In this document: in pieces, positions 50,834-62,400 of the stretch
How the letters are laid out: the number at the start of each line of letters is the position of its first letter
How positions within the stretch are numbered: position 1 is the first letter of the stretch
DNA from: an uncultured Verrucomicrobiae bacterium
GTDB lineage: Bacteria > Verrucomicrobiota > Verrucomicrobiia > Chthoniobacterales > Chthoniobacteraceae
NCBI GenBank assembly: GCA_963836755.1
Contig: CAWIKF010000002.1
Coordinates: 480,001-544,000, forward strand
Length of the DNA: 64,000 nucleotides
Direction: 5' to 3'
Notes under the pieces: generated by a model
What the model was told of the DNA's origin: nothing
The model's database searches: none
Seen by the model: only the letters and a program-made list of their open reading frames with translations
Translations under genes and position numbers: made by a program

Positions 50834-52627
50834 ATGAAGTGCGTCCATCAACTTTTTGAAATGACGGCCGCGCGACAGCCGGAAGCGATCGCCGTGGCTT
50901 GCGGCGCGGAGCAATTGACCTACGGCGAACTCAACGGACGCGCAAACGCATTCGCAAGTCACTTGCAAAGTTCCCGGCCGGACAAACTCGTCGCTGTCTG
51001 CCTCGAGCGCTCTCCAAGTTTCATCATCGCGATTCTCGCCGTCTTAAAATCAGGCGCCGCATACTTGCCGCTCGATCCCAATTTTCCTCGCGCCCGTCTC
51101 GCTCAAATGCTTGCGGATGCGGACGCCGCGGCTGTAGTGACCGACTCTGCCGCTCACGAAAAAGTCGCCGATTTCTCCGGGCAAATTCTTTCTCTGGATG
51201 ACGAGAAATTCACCGCGGGTTCGCTCGAAAATCCGGACACAGCGACGACTGCTGAAAATCTCGCCTACGTCATTTACACGTCCGGCTCGACTGGAGCGCC
51301 GAAAGGCGTCGCAGTCCCGCATCGCGCGATCGTCCGCCTGGTCACCAACACCGATTACGTGCAATTGCAACCCGACGACATCGTCGCGCAGGCGGCAAAC
51401 TGCGCCTTCGATGCGGCGACTTTTGAGATTTGGGGACCGCTGCTCAACGGTGGCAGTCTTGCGATTATTCCGCATGAGTCCGTCATCGCGCCGCGCTCAC
51501 TCGTCGCGGAAATCGAGCGGCAAAAAATCACGACCCTTTTTTTGACGACAGCCCTTTTCAATCAGGTCGCCCGAGAAATTCCCAACGGCTTTCGCAGCTT
51601 GCGCCATTTGCTTTTTGGAGGAGAGGCATGCGATCCGAAACTCATCGCGGAAGTCCTCGGCGCCGGCGCTCCGCGTCGACTGCTTCACGTCTACGGTCCC
51701 ACCGAAACGACCACATTCGCTTGTTGGCATGAAGTTAGACACGTTGCTGAAAATGCTGCGACCGTTCCAATCGGTAAGGCCATCGCCGGGACTGAAATTC
51801 ACGTGCTCGACGAAGACGGCGTGGCCGCCCCGCGAGGCGAACTTTTTCTTTCCGGCGCGGGCCTTGCGCACGGGTATTGGAACGCGCGCGAATTGACTGC
51901 GAAAAAGTTTGTCACACTTCCTTGCGGAACGCGGGCTTATCGCACTGGCGACATCGTCCGTATCGACGAAAACCGCGACCTCGAATTTGTCGGGCGCATT
52001 GATTTCCAGGTCAAAATTCGCGGCTTCCGCATTGAGCTCGGTGAGATCGAAACTGCGCTCGCGGCCATTCCCGCCGTGACCGATGCGGTCGTTCTCGCGC
52101 GCGAAGATGAGCCGGGAGATCGGCGTCTCGTTGCATACATCGTTTGCCGCGAACCCTGCATTGAAGCCGATCTTCGGACAATGCTGCGAAAAACTTTGCC
52201 TGAATACATGATCCCTGCAGCCTTCGTGCCGATGGATCGCCTGCCGCTGATGCCGAATGGCAAAGTGGATCGCAATGCGCTTCCCGAGCCTGTGCGCAAC
52301 GGCCGAAAGTTGGGCGCGCCTTCGGTTGAAATCGAAGCGGATCTTTTAAACATTTGGCGCACCGCGTTGCACGCCGATGGGATCGGAGTGGATGAAAATT
52401 TTTTTGATCTCGGCGGCGACTCTCTGCAACTCGCGCAGGCACATGCGCGGATTGAGGAGTTACTCGGCCGGGAAATCCCAATCACCGCACTTTTTCAATT
52501 TCCCACGATCCGCTCATTCGCCGCGCATTTGCAAAACGGTGCTGGCGTGAAAAAGGCCAACCCGTTCCTTGAGCGTGCCCGCCGACAGCGCGCGGCGGTC
52601 GGACAACAAGCGGCGAATACGCGTTAA
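50834..52627 (+). CDS. NRPS loading didomain A-T
   Basis: LTYGEL, YTSGSTGAPKG, FDAATFEIW, YGPTE, YRTGD, NGKVDR, FFDLGGDSL. Start 50834 or 50825. Confidence 0.93.
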   Translation: MKCVHQLFEMTAARQPEAIAVACGAEQLTYGELNGRANAFASHLQSSRPDKLVAVCLERSPSFIIAILAVLKSGAAYLPLDPNFPRARLAQMLADADAAAVVTDSAAHEKVADFSGQILSLDDEKFTAGSLENPDTATTAENLAYVIYTSGSTGAPKGVAVPHRAIVRLVTNTDYVQLQPDDIVAQAANCAFDAATFEIWGPLLNGGSLAIIPHESVIAPRSLVAEIERQKITTLFLTTALFNQVAREIPNGFRSLRHLLFGGEACDPKLIAEVLGAGAPRRLLHVYGPTETTTFACWHEVRHVAENAATVPIGKAIAGTEIHVLDEDGVAAPRGELFLSGAGLAHGYWNARELTAKKFVTLPCGTRAYRTGDIVRIDENRDLEFVGRIDFQVKIRGFRIELGEIETALAAIPAVTDAVVLAREDEPGDRRLVAYIVCREPCIEADLRTMLRKTLPEYMIPAAFVPMDRLPLMPNGKVDRNALPEPVRNGRKLGAPSVEIEADLLNIWRTALHADGIGVDENFFDLGGDSLQLAQAHARIEELLGREIPITALFQFPTIRSFAAHLQNGAGVKKANPFLERARRQRAAVGQQAANTR

Positions 52628-52629
52628 CG

Positions 52630-55600
52630 ATGCGAGCCGATTTACAAAATCTTGATGGCATCGCAATCATCGGCATGGCGGGGCGATTTCCCGGCGCGAA
52701 AGATGTGCGAACGTTTTGGGAAAATCTCAAAAACGGCGTCGAAAGCATTTCACGTTTTGATGAGAACGAGCTCGAATTTTCGGTGGCGAACAATGGCGCC
52801 GAGCAAGCGGTAAGGGCACGTGGCGTTCTGGCAGACGCCGACTTGTTTGACGCAGATTTCTTCGGCGTGATGCCGAAGGAAGCCGAGGTGATGGATCCGC
52901 AGCATCGGCTTTTTCTCGAGTGCGCATGGCAATCGCTTGAAGACGCCGGCTACGATCCCGAGACGGCGCGCGGGCTCATTGGTGTCTATGCCGGCCTGAG
53001 TTTAAACACGTATCTGATTTACAATTTGTGCGCAGACCGCGACTTCGCTGCGCGTTTCGCGGGTGGCTATCCGGGCGGCGATTTCCAAACTTTGATGGGC
53101 AACGACAAGGATTTTTTGCCGACGCGCGTCGCTTACAAATTAAATCTGAAAGGTCCTGCGGTGGCCGTCCAGAGCGCGTGCAGCACCTCGCTCGTCGCCG
53201 TCGCGCAGGCCTGCCAGGGCTTGCTCACTCATCAATGCGACATGGCGCTCGCGGGCGGCGCTTCCATCACTTTTCCGCAAAAGCGCGACTACATTTACGC
53301 GCCCGACGGCATGGTTTCCGGAGAAGGTTTTTGCCGCACTTTTGATGCAAAGGCAGACGGGACTGTTTTTGGTCATGGCGTCGGAATCGTAGTATTGAAG
53401 CGGCTTGCCGAGGCGGTCGCGGACGGCGACCACATTTACGCGGTGATCAAAGGCAGCGCCGTGAATAATGACGGGAGCGACAAAGTCGGCTACGCCGCGC
53501 CGAGCGTGAATGGACAGGCGGACGTGATCGCGATGGCGCAGGCCGCAGCCGGCGTTGACGCGGAATCGATCAGCTATATTGAAGCGCACGGCACTGGGAC
53601 GCCGCTCGGCGATCCCATCGAAATCGCGGCTCTGACGCAGGCATTTCGGCTGAGCACGGACAAAAAACAATTCTGCGCGATCGGCACGGCTAAGACGAAT
53701 ATCGGCCATCTCGACATCGCGTCCGGCGTCACCGGGCTCATTAAAACTGCGCTCTCGCTCGACGAGAGAAAACTGCCGCCGCTTTTACATTTTGAAAACG
53801 CGAATCCCAAAATCGATTTTGAAAACAGTCCCTTTTTTCCGGTCAATAAATTGACCGATTGGAAGGGCGCAGACCCGCTCCGCGCGGGTGTAAGCGCATT
53901 TGGCGTGGGCGGCACCAATGCGCATGTTGTCCTCGAGGAAGCGCCGCCTCCAGCGCCGCGAGAAATCAAGCGTGAGCCACAGCTTTTGATTCTCTCGGCA
54001 AAAACAGCGACGGCCCTTGATGCAGCTGCAGAGCGGCTCGCCGAGCATTTCGAGCAAAATCCTGGGCTCGAGATTGGCGATGTTGCTTTCACGTTGCAGG
54101 TCGGCCGCCGCGCTTTTGCGCATCGGCGAATTTTGTTCGCGCTCGATCTTCCGGATGCGATTCGGATGCTGCGCGACAGCGAAATGGCAAAGGCTTTGAG
54201 CCGCAAAAATGCGTCGGGTTCCATATCGTCAAACGGTGGCGCATCCGCCGCGGAACTAGGCCAGCGCTGGCTTTGCGGGGAATCGGTTGATTTCTCGAAA
54301 CTGCACGCAGGCAAAAATTACCGTCGCGTCTCGCTTCCTTCTTATCCGTTTGAGCGGAAACGTTTTTGGGTCGAGCCGCCGAAATCGTCAGCGTCCGGCA
54401 CAAATGTTGCAGCGCATTCCGAGCAAATGCCGCATGCACCTTTGCCAAACTTCGATGCCGCTCGCCCGAATCGGCTGAGCGCGCAAATCACGAAACTGAT
54501 TGCCGACTTGTCAGGAATCGGCGTCGCGGACATCGACGCGAAAGTGTCGTTTCTCGAACTTGGTTTCGACTCGCTTTTCCTCACGCAAGCGAGCACGGCG
54601 CTGCAGCAGAAGTTTGGCGTCAAAGTTACGTTTCGACAGTTGTTGAGCGATCTCTCGAGCGTGAGTGCGATCGCAACTTTCATCGACGCCGCGCTGCCGC
54701 CTGATTCCCCGCAAATGCCCGCCGTTGCTGCATCCGCTGACACTGGTGCCGCGACGGGCAACACTTCTTACGATCGGATCTTAGCGCAACAGCAGCAGAT
54801 TTTGAAAGAAATGGAGGCGCTCAAAAACTCCGCCGGCGCAGCGACCGCGACGTCCGGGTTACGCATCCTCGCTCCCGCTCCGGAGCACGCGGTGCCGGCG
54901 CGTTTTGGTCCTTACAAGCCGATCGAAAAGGGTGCGCAGGGCGGTTTAACTGAGCGCCAGCAGGAACATCTCGACACGTTAATCGAGCGTTATACTGAGC
55001 GAACGGCTGGTTCCAAAAGCTACACCGCAGAAAATCGCGCCCATCTCGCCGATCCGCGTGCTGTTTCGGGTTTCAAATCGAATTGGAAAGAGATGGTTTA
55101 TCCCATCGTCGCAGCGCGTTCGGCAGGCTCGAAAATTTGGGACATCGACGGCAACGAATACGTCGATATTACAATGGGTTTCGGCCTGAATTTTTTCGGC
55201 TGGTCGCCGAAATTCGTGAACGATGCCGTGCGCGAACAGTTGGATCTCGGCATCGAAATCGGTCCGCAATCTCCGCTCGCCGGCAAGGTCGCAAAGTTGC
55301 TCACCGAGTTCACCGGAATGGAGCGCGTGACGTTTTGCAACACCGGCTCCGAGGCCGTGATGGCAGCGATGCGGCTGGCGCGCACAGTCACCGGTCGCGC
55401 AAAAGTCGCGCTCTTTACCGGCGGATATCACGGCACTTTTGACGAGGTTCTTTCACGCGCTCTCCACAAAAACGGTGAGCTGCTCACGGCGCCGGTCGCG
55501 CCGGGAATTCCGCAGCGATCGGTGGACAACATGATCGTGCTGGAATATGGCGCGCCGCAGTCGCTGGAGATTTTGCGCGCGCATGCGCATGAGCTCGCGG

Positions 55601-58600
55601 CGGTGCTCGTGGAGCCGGTGCAAAGTCGACGGCCCGATTTGCAGCCGCGAGAATTTTTGCACGAAATTCGCGCAATCACCGAGCAGTCCGGGACGGCGTT
55701 CATATTCGACGAAGTCGTGACCGGCTTCCGCTGCCATCCGGGCGGCGCGCAAGCATTCTTCGGCATCCGCGCCGATCTCGCGACCTACGGAAAGGTCGTC
55801 GGCGGCGGGATTCCGATCGGCGTTCTTGCGGGCTCGGCGAAATACATGGATGCGCTCGATGGTGGCGCGTGGAATTACGGCGACGACTCGTTCCCGGAAG
55901 TCGGCGTCACATTTTTTGCGGGCACGTTCGTGAGGCATCCGATCGCGCTGGCGGCGGCTTGGGCGGTGCTGAATTATTTAAAAACAGAAGGGCCGAGCCT
56001 GCAGGAGAATCTCAATGCGCGCACTGCGCAGTTCGTCGAAAATCTCGAGGAACATTGTGAGGAAATCGGCGTGCCAATTCGGCTGCCGCATTTCTCGTCG
56101 TGGTTCATGATCGAGTATCCGCACGAGCTGAAGCATGCGAGCTTGCTCTGGTATTTCTTGCGTGCGCGAGGCGTTCACGTTTGGGAAAACCGCCCCTGCT
56201 TTTTGACACTCGCGCACAGCGAGGCCGACTTTGATTTTTTGACGGAAGCGTTCAAGCAAAGCGTTGCCGACATGCAAGCCGCGGGTTTTCTCCCGGCATC
56301 GCAAACCGGCGCCGCTGCAGCATCCGCGCCGCTCACGGAGGCGCAAAAAGAGATCTGGCTCTCCGCGCAAATGGGCGACGATGCGAACTGCGCTTACAAT
56401 GAAATGCTCGCCCTGCATCTCGATGGCGCGCTCGATTTGACGCGATTGAAACGCGCGCTGCGGAAACTGGTGAAACGTCATGACGCGTTGCGCAGCACGT
56501 TTCATCCGGGCGGTGAGATGCAAACTTTTTCGTCAAAGGTTGACGTAGAAATCGGACATTTTGATTTGTCCGAATGCGCCGCGAACCAGCGCGCAGAGCG
56601 GGTTGCAGCGCTTTTCGAGGAGGAGGCGAAGCGGCCATTCGATTTGATTCACGGACCGGTTTTTCGCGCGAAACTTTTGGAACTCGGCGAGCAAAAACAT
56701 GTGTTGATGCTGAGCGCGCATCACATCGTTTGCGATGGCTGGTCATTTGCCGTGCTGCTTTATGAGCTCGCGGCGCTCTACAATGGAGAGTCGCCTGCGC
56801 CGCCGCTTCAGTTCTCCGAATACGTCGCGACCCAGCTTCACAGCAGGGCTGGCGCGGATGAGAAAAAGGCCGCGGACTTTTGGCTCGGGCAATTTTCCAG
56901 CATTCCAGCGCCGCTCGATCTTCCATCCGATCGGCCGCGTCCTTCGGTAAAAACTTTCACCGGATCCATGGAGACGCGCCCCCTCGATGCGCAACTATTT
57001 AAGCAATTGAAAAGCGCGAGCGCGTCGCGCGGCAACACCGTTTTCAGCACACTTTTTGCCGCCTTCAACGTCCTGCTGCACCGGCTTACAGGGCAGGCTG
57101 ACATTGTGGTCGGAATTCCGGCGGCTGGACAAACCATGGCCGGCGGCAGCGATGATCTCGTCGGGCATTGCCTGAATTTCTTGCCCGTGCGCACGCAGAT
57201 CACGAGCGCGGAAAAATTCGACGACTTTGCCGCAGATACAAAAAAAGCTGTGCTCGATGCTTACGAGCACCAGAACTACACGTTCGGCACGCTGCTGCAA
57301 AAATTGAAACTTCCGCGCGACACGAGCCGCCTGCCGCTCGTTTCGGTGATGTTCAACATCGACAAGGCGGGCTTCGACAAATTGCGCTTCGATGGCCTGA
57401 AGGCCGATGTCCAGACGATCTCCAAGCGATTCGTTAATTTCGAAATCTTTTTTAATCTCGTGCAGACGGAGACCGAGCTGCTCGTGCAATGCGAGTTCAA
57501 CACGGACCTTTTTAATCGCGAAACGATCCAGCGCTGGCTCGGACACTTTGAAACTTTGATTGCGGGAATTGTGAAAAACGGCGCTGAGTCAATCGCGACG
57601 TTGCCGCTTTTGTCTGATGCGGAGCGCGAGAAAATTCTTGTTGAGTGGAATGACACCAAAGTTGATTTCGCCGCGGAAAAAACTTTGCACGCGCTGATTG
57701 AGGAACAGGCCGAGCGAACGCCGGACGCCATTGCAGTCATCTTCGGTGAAGAAAAATTGAGCTACGCGGAATTGGACCGCCGCGCAAACCAGCTCGCGCA
57801 AAGCCTTTGGCAGAGCGGGTTGCGGAGCGGCGGACTTGGCGGCGTCTTTGTCTCACGCTCGGCGGATATGGTCGTGGCAGTGCTGGCTGTGCTGAAGACC
57901 GGCGCGGCTTACGTGCCGATGGATCCGTCGTTCCCGAAAGAGCGACTGAGTCACATGATCGAGGACGCGCGCATGGCGGCGATCGTGACGCAGCGGTCTT
58001 TGGCGCCGACGCTGCCGACGAACAAATCAGCGCTGATTTTTGTGGATGAGGTGAAATCGGACGACGCGAAACATTTCACTGCGCGTGTGGGCGGTGAGGA
58101 TCTTGCGTATGTGATTTTCACGTCGGGATCGACAGGACGGCCGAAGGGCGTGGAGATTTCGCATCGCGCGGTGGTGAATTTTTTAACCTCAATGCGCAAG
58201 ACGCCGGGCCTCGCGAGCGATGATGTGTTGCTCGCGGTGACGACGCTTTCATTTGACATCGCGGGGTTGGAAATTTTTCTGCCGCTCGTGTGCGGTGCGA
58301 CGGTGGCGATCGCGAGTCGCGAGACCGCGGCGGATGGGGAGCAATTGAAACGCGAGCTCGCGCGATGCGGCGCGACTCTGATGCAGGCGACGCCAGTGAC
58401 CTGGCGAATGCTGATGGAATCAGGCTGGGCGGGCGATGCGCGATTGAAAATGCTGATCGGTGGCGAAGCTGTGCCGCGCGATCTCGCGAACGCGCTCGTG
58501 ATGAAAGGGGCGGCGCTCTGGAATATGTATGGGCCGAGCGAGACGACGATCTGGTCCGCGGTGCAAAAACTCGCGGCGGGCGATGGGCATGTTTCGATCG

Positions 58601-59472
58601 GCGGTCCGATCGACAACACGCAGATTTACATCGTCGATTCTCGCCTCCAGCCAGTCCCCATCGGCGTTGCGGGCGAATTGCTCATCGGCGGCGCGGGGCT
58701 TGCGCGCGGCTATTTGGATCGGCCGGAATTGACTGCGGAAAAATTTGTCGCCAGTCCATTCATCACCGGCGCGCGCCTTTATAAAACAGGCGATCTCGCC
58801 CGCTGGCATGCGGATGGAACGATTGAATGCCTCGGCCGCATCGACCATCAAATCAAGCTGCGCGGCTTTCGCATCGAGCTCGGCGAGATTGAGTCGGCGC
58901 TCGCGCAGCATCCGCAGATTCGCGAAAGCGTCGCGGTGATTCGCGAGGATGTGCCGGGCGAAAAAAGATTGGTCGCTTACGTCGTCGATGGCGCTTTGGA
59001 GAAGCCGATCGCGCCGGAACTGCGGAAATTTTTAAATGACAAATTGCCGGATTACATGGTGCCTTCGGCCTTCGTCGCGCTCGATGAATTGCCGCGGACG
59101 CCGAACGGGAAAATCGATCGCAAGGCGCTGCCAAAACCGGAAATCAGCGCGGCATCGCGCGAAATCATCGCGCCGCGAAATCCTCGGGAACTGGCTCTGC
59201 AGGCCATTTGCGGCGAAGTGCTGCATCTCGAGAACATCAGCGTGGAGGACAGTCTCTTCGAACTCGGCGCGGATTCGATTCACATTTTTCAAATCACCGC
59301 GCGCGCGACAAAAGTGGGATTATCGGTGACGCCGCGGCATCTTTTGCAACACCGGACCATCGCCGCGACCGCTGCCGCCCTCAATGGCGACACCGCGCCG
59401 GCGCAACAGCCGGCGATTACACGAACGGCGCGCGAGGCGTTTCGCGCGAAACGTCCGGTAGTTCAAAGCTGA
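52630..59472 (+). CDS. Hybrid PKS-NRPS: KS-(no AT)-ACP-aminotransferase-C-A-T
   Basis: KS SACSTS/EAHGTGT/NIGH. ACP LGFDSL. Class III aminotransferase FDEVVTGFR, TYGK. C HHIVCDG. A FTSGSTGRPKG, SFDIAGLE. T LGADSI. Confidence 0.94.
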   Translation: MRADLQNLDGIAIIGMAGRFPGAKDVRTFWENLKNGVESISRFDENELEFSVANNGAEQAVRARGVLADADLFDADFFGVMPKEAEVMDPQHRLFLECAWQSLEDAGYDPETARGLIGVYAGLSLNTYLIYNLCADRDFAARFAGGYPGGDFQTLMGNDKDFLPTRVAYKLNLKGPAVAVQSACSTSLVAVAQACQGLLTHQCDMALAGGASITFPQKRDYIYAPDGMVSGEGFCRTFDAKADGTVFGHGVGIVVLKRLAEAVADGDHIYAVIKGSAVNNDGSDKVGYAAPSVNGQADVIAMAQAAAGVDAESISYIEAHGTGTPLGDPIEIAALTQAFRLSTDKKQFCAIGTAKTNIGHLDIASGVTGLIKTALSLDERKLPPLLHFENANPKIDFENSPFFPVNKLTDWKGADPLRAGVSAFGVGGTNAHVVLEEAPPPAPREIKREPQLLILSAKTATALDAAAERLAEHFEQNPGLEIGDVAFTLQVGRRAFAHRRILFALDLPDAIRMLRDSEMAKALSRKNASGSISSNGGASAAELGQRWLCGESVDFSKLHAGKNYRRVSLPSYPFERKRFWVEPPKSSASGTNVAAHSEQMPHAPLPNFDAARPNRLSAQITKLIADLSGIGVADIDAKVSFLELGFDSLFLTQASTALQQKFGVKVTFRQLLSDLSSVSAIATFIDAALPPDSPQMPAVAASADTGAATGNTSYDRILAQQQQILKEMEALKNSAGAATATSGLRILAPAPEHAVPARFGPYKPIEKGAQGGLTERQQEHLDTLIERYTERTAGSKSYTAENRAHLADPRAVSGFKSNWKEMVYPIVAARSAGSKIWDIDGNEYVDITMGFGLNFFGWSPKFVNDAVREQLDLGIEIGPQSPLAGKVAKLLTEFTGMERVTFCNTGSEAVMAAMRLARTVTGRAKVALFTGGYHGTFDEVLSRALHKNGELLTAPVAPGIPQRSVDNMIVLEYGAPQSLEILRAHAHELAAVLVEPVQSRRPDLQPREFLHEIRAITEQSGTAFIFDEVVTGFRCHPGGAQAFFGIRADLATYGKVVGGGIPIGVLAGSAKYMDALDGGAWNYGDDSFPEVGVTFFAGTFVRHPIALAAAWAVLNYLKTEGPSLQENLNARTAQFVENLEEHCEEIGVPIRLPHFSSWFMIEYPHELKHASLLWYFLRARGVHVWENRPCFLTLAHSEADFDFLTEAFKQSVADMQAAGFLPASQTGAAAASAPLTEAQKEIWLSAQMGDDANCAYNEMLALHLDGALDLTRLKRALRKLVKRHDALRSTFHPGGEMQTFSSKVDVEIGHFDLSECAANQRAERVAALFEEEAKRPFDLIHGPVFRAKLLELGEQKHVLMLSAHHIVCDGWSFAVLLYELAALYNGESPAPPLQFSEYVATQLHSRAGADEKKAADFWLGQFSSIPAPLDLPSDRPRPSVKTFTGSMETRPLDAQLFKQLKSASASRGNTVFSTLFAAFNVLLHRLTGQADIVVGIPAAGQTMAGGSDDLVGHCLNFLPVRTQITSAEKFDDFAADTKKAVLDAYEHQNYTFGTLLQKLKLPRDTSRLPLVSVMFNIDKAGFDKLRFDGLKADVQTISKRFVNFEIFFNLVQTETELLVQCEFNTDLFNRETIQRWLGHFETLIAGIVKNGAESIATLPLLSDAEREKILVEWNDTKVDFAAEKTLHALIEEQAERTPDAIAVIFGEEKLSYAELDRRANQLAQSLWQSGLRSGGLGGVFVSRSADMVVAVLAVLKTGAAYVPMDPSFPKERLSHMIEDARMAAIVTQRSLAPTLPTNKSALIFVDEVKSDDAKHFTARVGGEDLAYVIFTSGSTGRPKGVEISHRAVVNFLTSMRKTPGLASDDVLLAVTTLSFDIAGLEIFLPLVCGATVAIASRETAADGEQLKRELARCGATLMQATPVTWRMLMESGWAGDARLKMLIGGEAVPRDLANALVMKGAALWNMYGPSETTIWSAVQKLAAGDGHVSIGGPIDNTQIYIVDSRLQPVPIGVAGELLIGGAGLARGYLDRPELTAEKFVASPFITGARLYKTGDLARWHADGTIECLGRIDHQIKLRGFRIELGEIESALAQHPQIRESVAVIREDVPGEKRLVAYVVDGALEKPIAPELRKFLNDKLPDYMVPSAFVALDELPRTPNGKIDRKALPKPEISAASREIIAPRNPRELALQAICGEVLHLENISVEDSLFELGADSIHIFQITARATKVGLSVTPRHLLQHRTIAATAAALNGDTAPAQQPAITRTAREAFRAKRPVVQS

Positions 59473-59475
59473 GGC

Positions 59476-62400
59476 ATGGTTCCCGAATCAATCGCTTCAG
59501 CCGAACCGGACAAAGCCGACGTGTTTGTTTTTCCCGCGTCGCTGGCGCAGCAGCGTTTCTGGACGCTCGATCAGCTCGAGCCGGGAAATTCCGCATACAA
59601 TGTCGCGGTCCGTTTTCGCCTGGAAGGGCCGTTGCGCCTGGGAATCCTTGAGCGCGCGGTCAATGAAATCGTGCGGAGGCACGAGATTTTGCGCACGACT
59701 TTTGCTGAGGAAAATGGCGAGCCGGTGCAAATCGTCACGCCGGAACTGTCGTTGCGCGTGGGGTGCATCGACCTGCGTTATCTCGCGGAGCCGGAGCGGC
59801 GTGAGGAGGCCGAACGGCTGGCATTGATCGAAGCGCGAGCGCCGTTCGATCTGAAGACCGGACCGCTGCTGCGCGTGAGCCTGCTGCAGCTTGCGGACGA
59901 GGAGCACGTGCTTTTGATCACGCTTCATCACGCAGTTTCGGATGGCTGGTCGATTGGCGTGATCACGGATGAAATCGGCGCGATTTATGGGGCATTCGCG
60001 CGCGGACAGGCGTCGCCGTTGCCAGAGCTGCCGATTCAGTTCGCCGATTTCACGCTGTGGCAGCGCGAGCATTCCGATGGGGACGCGATGGCGGCGAAGC
60101 TCGCGTATTGGAAAGAAAAATTACGCGATGCGCCGGAGCTGAATTTACACACAGACCGGCCGCGCCACGGCAGCCAGTCGTTCAATGGCAACATCGTTTC
60201 GCGGCTGCTGCCGAAGCCGCTCACGAATGCGCTGCGCGAGTTGAGCGCGCGCGAGGATGTCACGTTTTTCACGCTGATGCTGACGGCCTTCAACGTGCTG
60301 ATCCATCGCTACACCGGCCAGGAAGACATCGTGCTCGGCTCGCCAATTGCCGGGCGGAGTCGCGTCGATCTCGAGCCGCTCATCGGTGTTTTCATCAACA
60401 CGCTCGTGCTGCGCAACGACCTTTCGGGCGATCCGACTTTTCGCGAAGTGCTAACACGTGTTTGCCACACCGTTCTCGATGCGATGGCGAATGAAGATGC
60501 TCCTTTTGAGAAGCTCGTCGAGACGTTGAAGCCGGCGCGAGATGTGCGGCGCAATCCCATTTTTCAAATCAACTTCACGTTCCAGCGAGACTTTATAAAG
60601 CCGATCGAATTCGCGGGCGTTCGGCTGACGGCGATTCCTTCAAAATCTCCGGGGTCGCTTTTTGACCTCACGTTTTTCCTCGTCGAACGGAGTGAGGGCT
60701 GGCGTGCGTCGTGCGAATATAATTGCGATTTGTATGAAGTGAAAACGGTGGAGCGGATGCTCGCTCATTTCGAAAATCTGCTCGCGGCCATCCACGCGAA
60801 TCCGCTGCGAAAACTTTCTGAGTTTGATTTTTTGACGGACGCGGAAGAGCGGCAGCTGCTCGTCGAATGGAACGCGACGAAGATCGATTATCCGCGCGAC
60901 CAGACGCTCGCGGAAATTTTCCACGAACAGGCGCAACGAATCCCGGACGCGATCGCATTGGAATTTTTCGATCGCACGATGAGCTATCGCGAACTCGACA
61001 TCGCGTCGAACCGGATCGCAAATTTTTTGCAGGGCGAAGGCGTCGGTGCGCAAACAATCGTCGGCGTTTACATGGACCGCTCGTCGGCGTTGATCGTCGC
61101 GCTGCTCGGCATTTTGAAGGCGGGCGCGGCGTATCTCCCGATCGACCTCGCGTATCCGCGCGAGCGCATTGCGTTCATTGCCGCGGATGCAAAAGTTCCG
61201 TTCGTGCTGTCGCAGCGGTCGCTTGCAGGCGCGCTGCCGGCGGGGCTGCGCGCGGTGACGCCGGAGGATTGGAGCAGCGTGAAAGATGTTTCGCGGCCAC
61301 CGAGCGCGGCGACGGCGGAAAGCGTGGCGTATGTGATGTTCACCTCCGGCTCAACCGGCGAACCAAAGGGCGTCGTGGTGCCGCAGCGGGCGGTGAGCCG
61401 GCTGGTGATCAACACGCGTTACGTTGCGTTTAAACAAGGCGATGTCGTTGCGCACGCGTCAAACGTTGCATTCGATGCGGCGACTTTCGAAATCTGGGGA
61501 GCACTGCTCAATGGCGGTCGACTCGTCGGCATCGCGCAGGCCGCGCTTTTGTCGCCGCCCGATCTCGAGCGGGAAATCGTCACGCGAAAAATCACGACGC
61601 TGTTTCTCACGACGGCGCTTTTCAATCAGCTCGCGCGTCAGATGCCGCGAGGATTTTCTTCGCTTGAGAATCTTGTTTTCGGCGGCGATGCCGGCGATCC
61701 GGCGGCTGTGCGGGAAATTTTAAAAAGCGGCGCTCCGCCGCGGCGGCTCGTGAACGGCTACGGACCGACGGAAACGACGACGTTTGCCGTGTGTCATGAA
61801 GTCAAAGTTTTGGACGAAGATGCGATGTCGATCCCGATCGGCAGGCCGATATCGAACACCAACGTTTATGTGCTCGATCGGAACCGGAAGCTCGTTCCCA
61901 TCGGCATTCCCGGTGAACTTTACATCGGTGGCGACGGGCTCGCGCTCGGATATTTGAACCGGCCGGAGCTCACGGCTGAGCGCTTCGTGCCGCACCCATT
62001 TACAGGCGGCGCGCGCCTTTATCGCAGCGGCGACCTTGCGCGGTATCTGCCGGACGGGACGCTGGAATGCCTCGGCCGTCTGGACAATCAGGTGAAGCTG
62101 CGCGGCTTCCGCATCGAGCTCGGCGAAATCGAGGCGGTGCTCGGCCGGCATAGTGCGGTGCGCCAATGCGCGGTGCTCGCGCGAGCGGATGAGTCGGGAC
62201 AAAAACGGCTCGTCGCGTATGTCGTCGCGCGCGAAGGCAAACAATGTCCGACGGCAGATTTGCTCGGACTTTTACGCGAGTCGCTGCCAGAATATATGCT
62301 GCCGGCCGCGTTCGTTTTTCTCGATGCACTTCCGCTCACGGCAAACGGAAAACTCGACACGCGCGCGCTTCCCGCGGCGGATGCGCTCGAGCGCGGCGGC

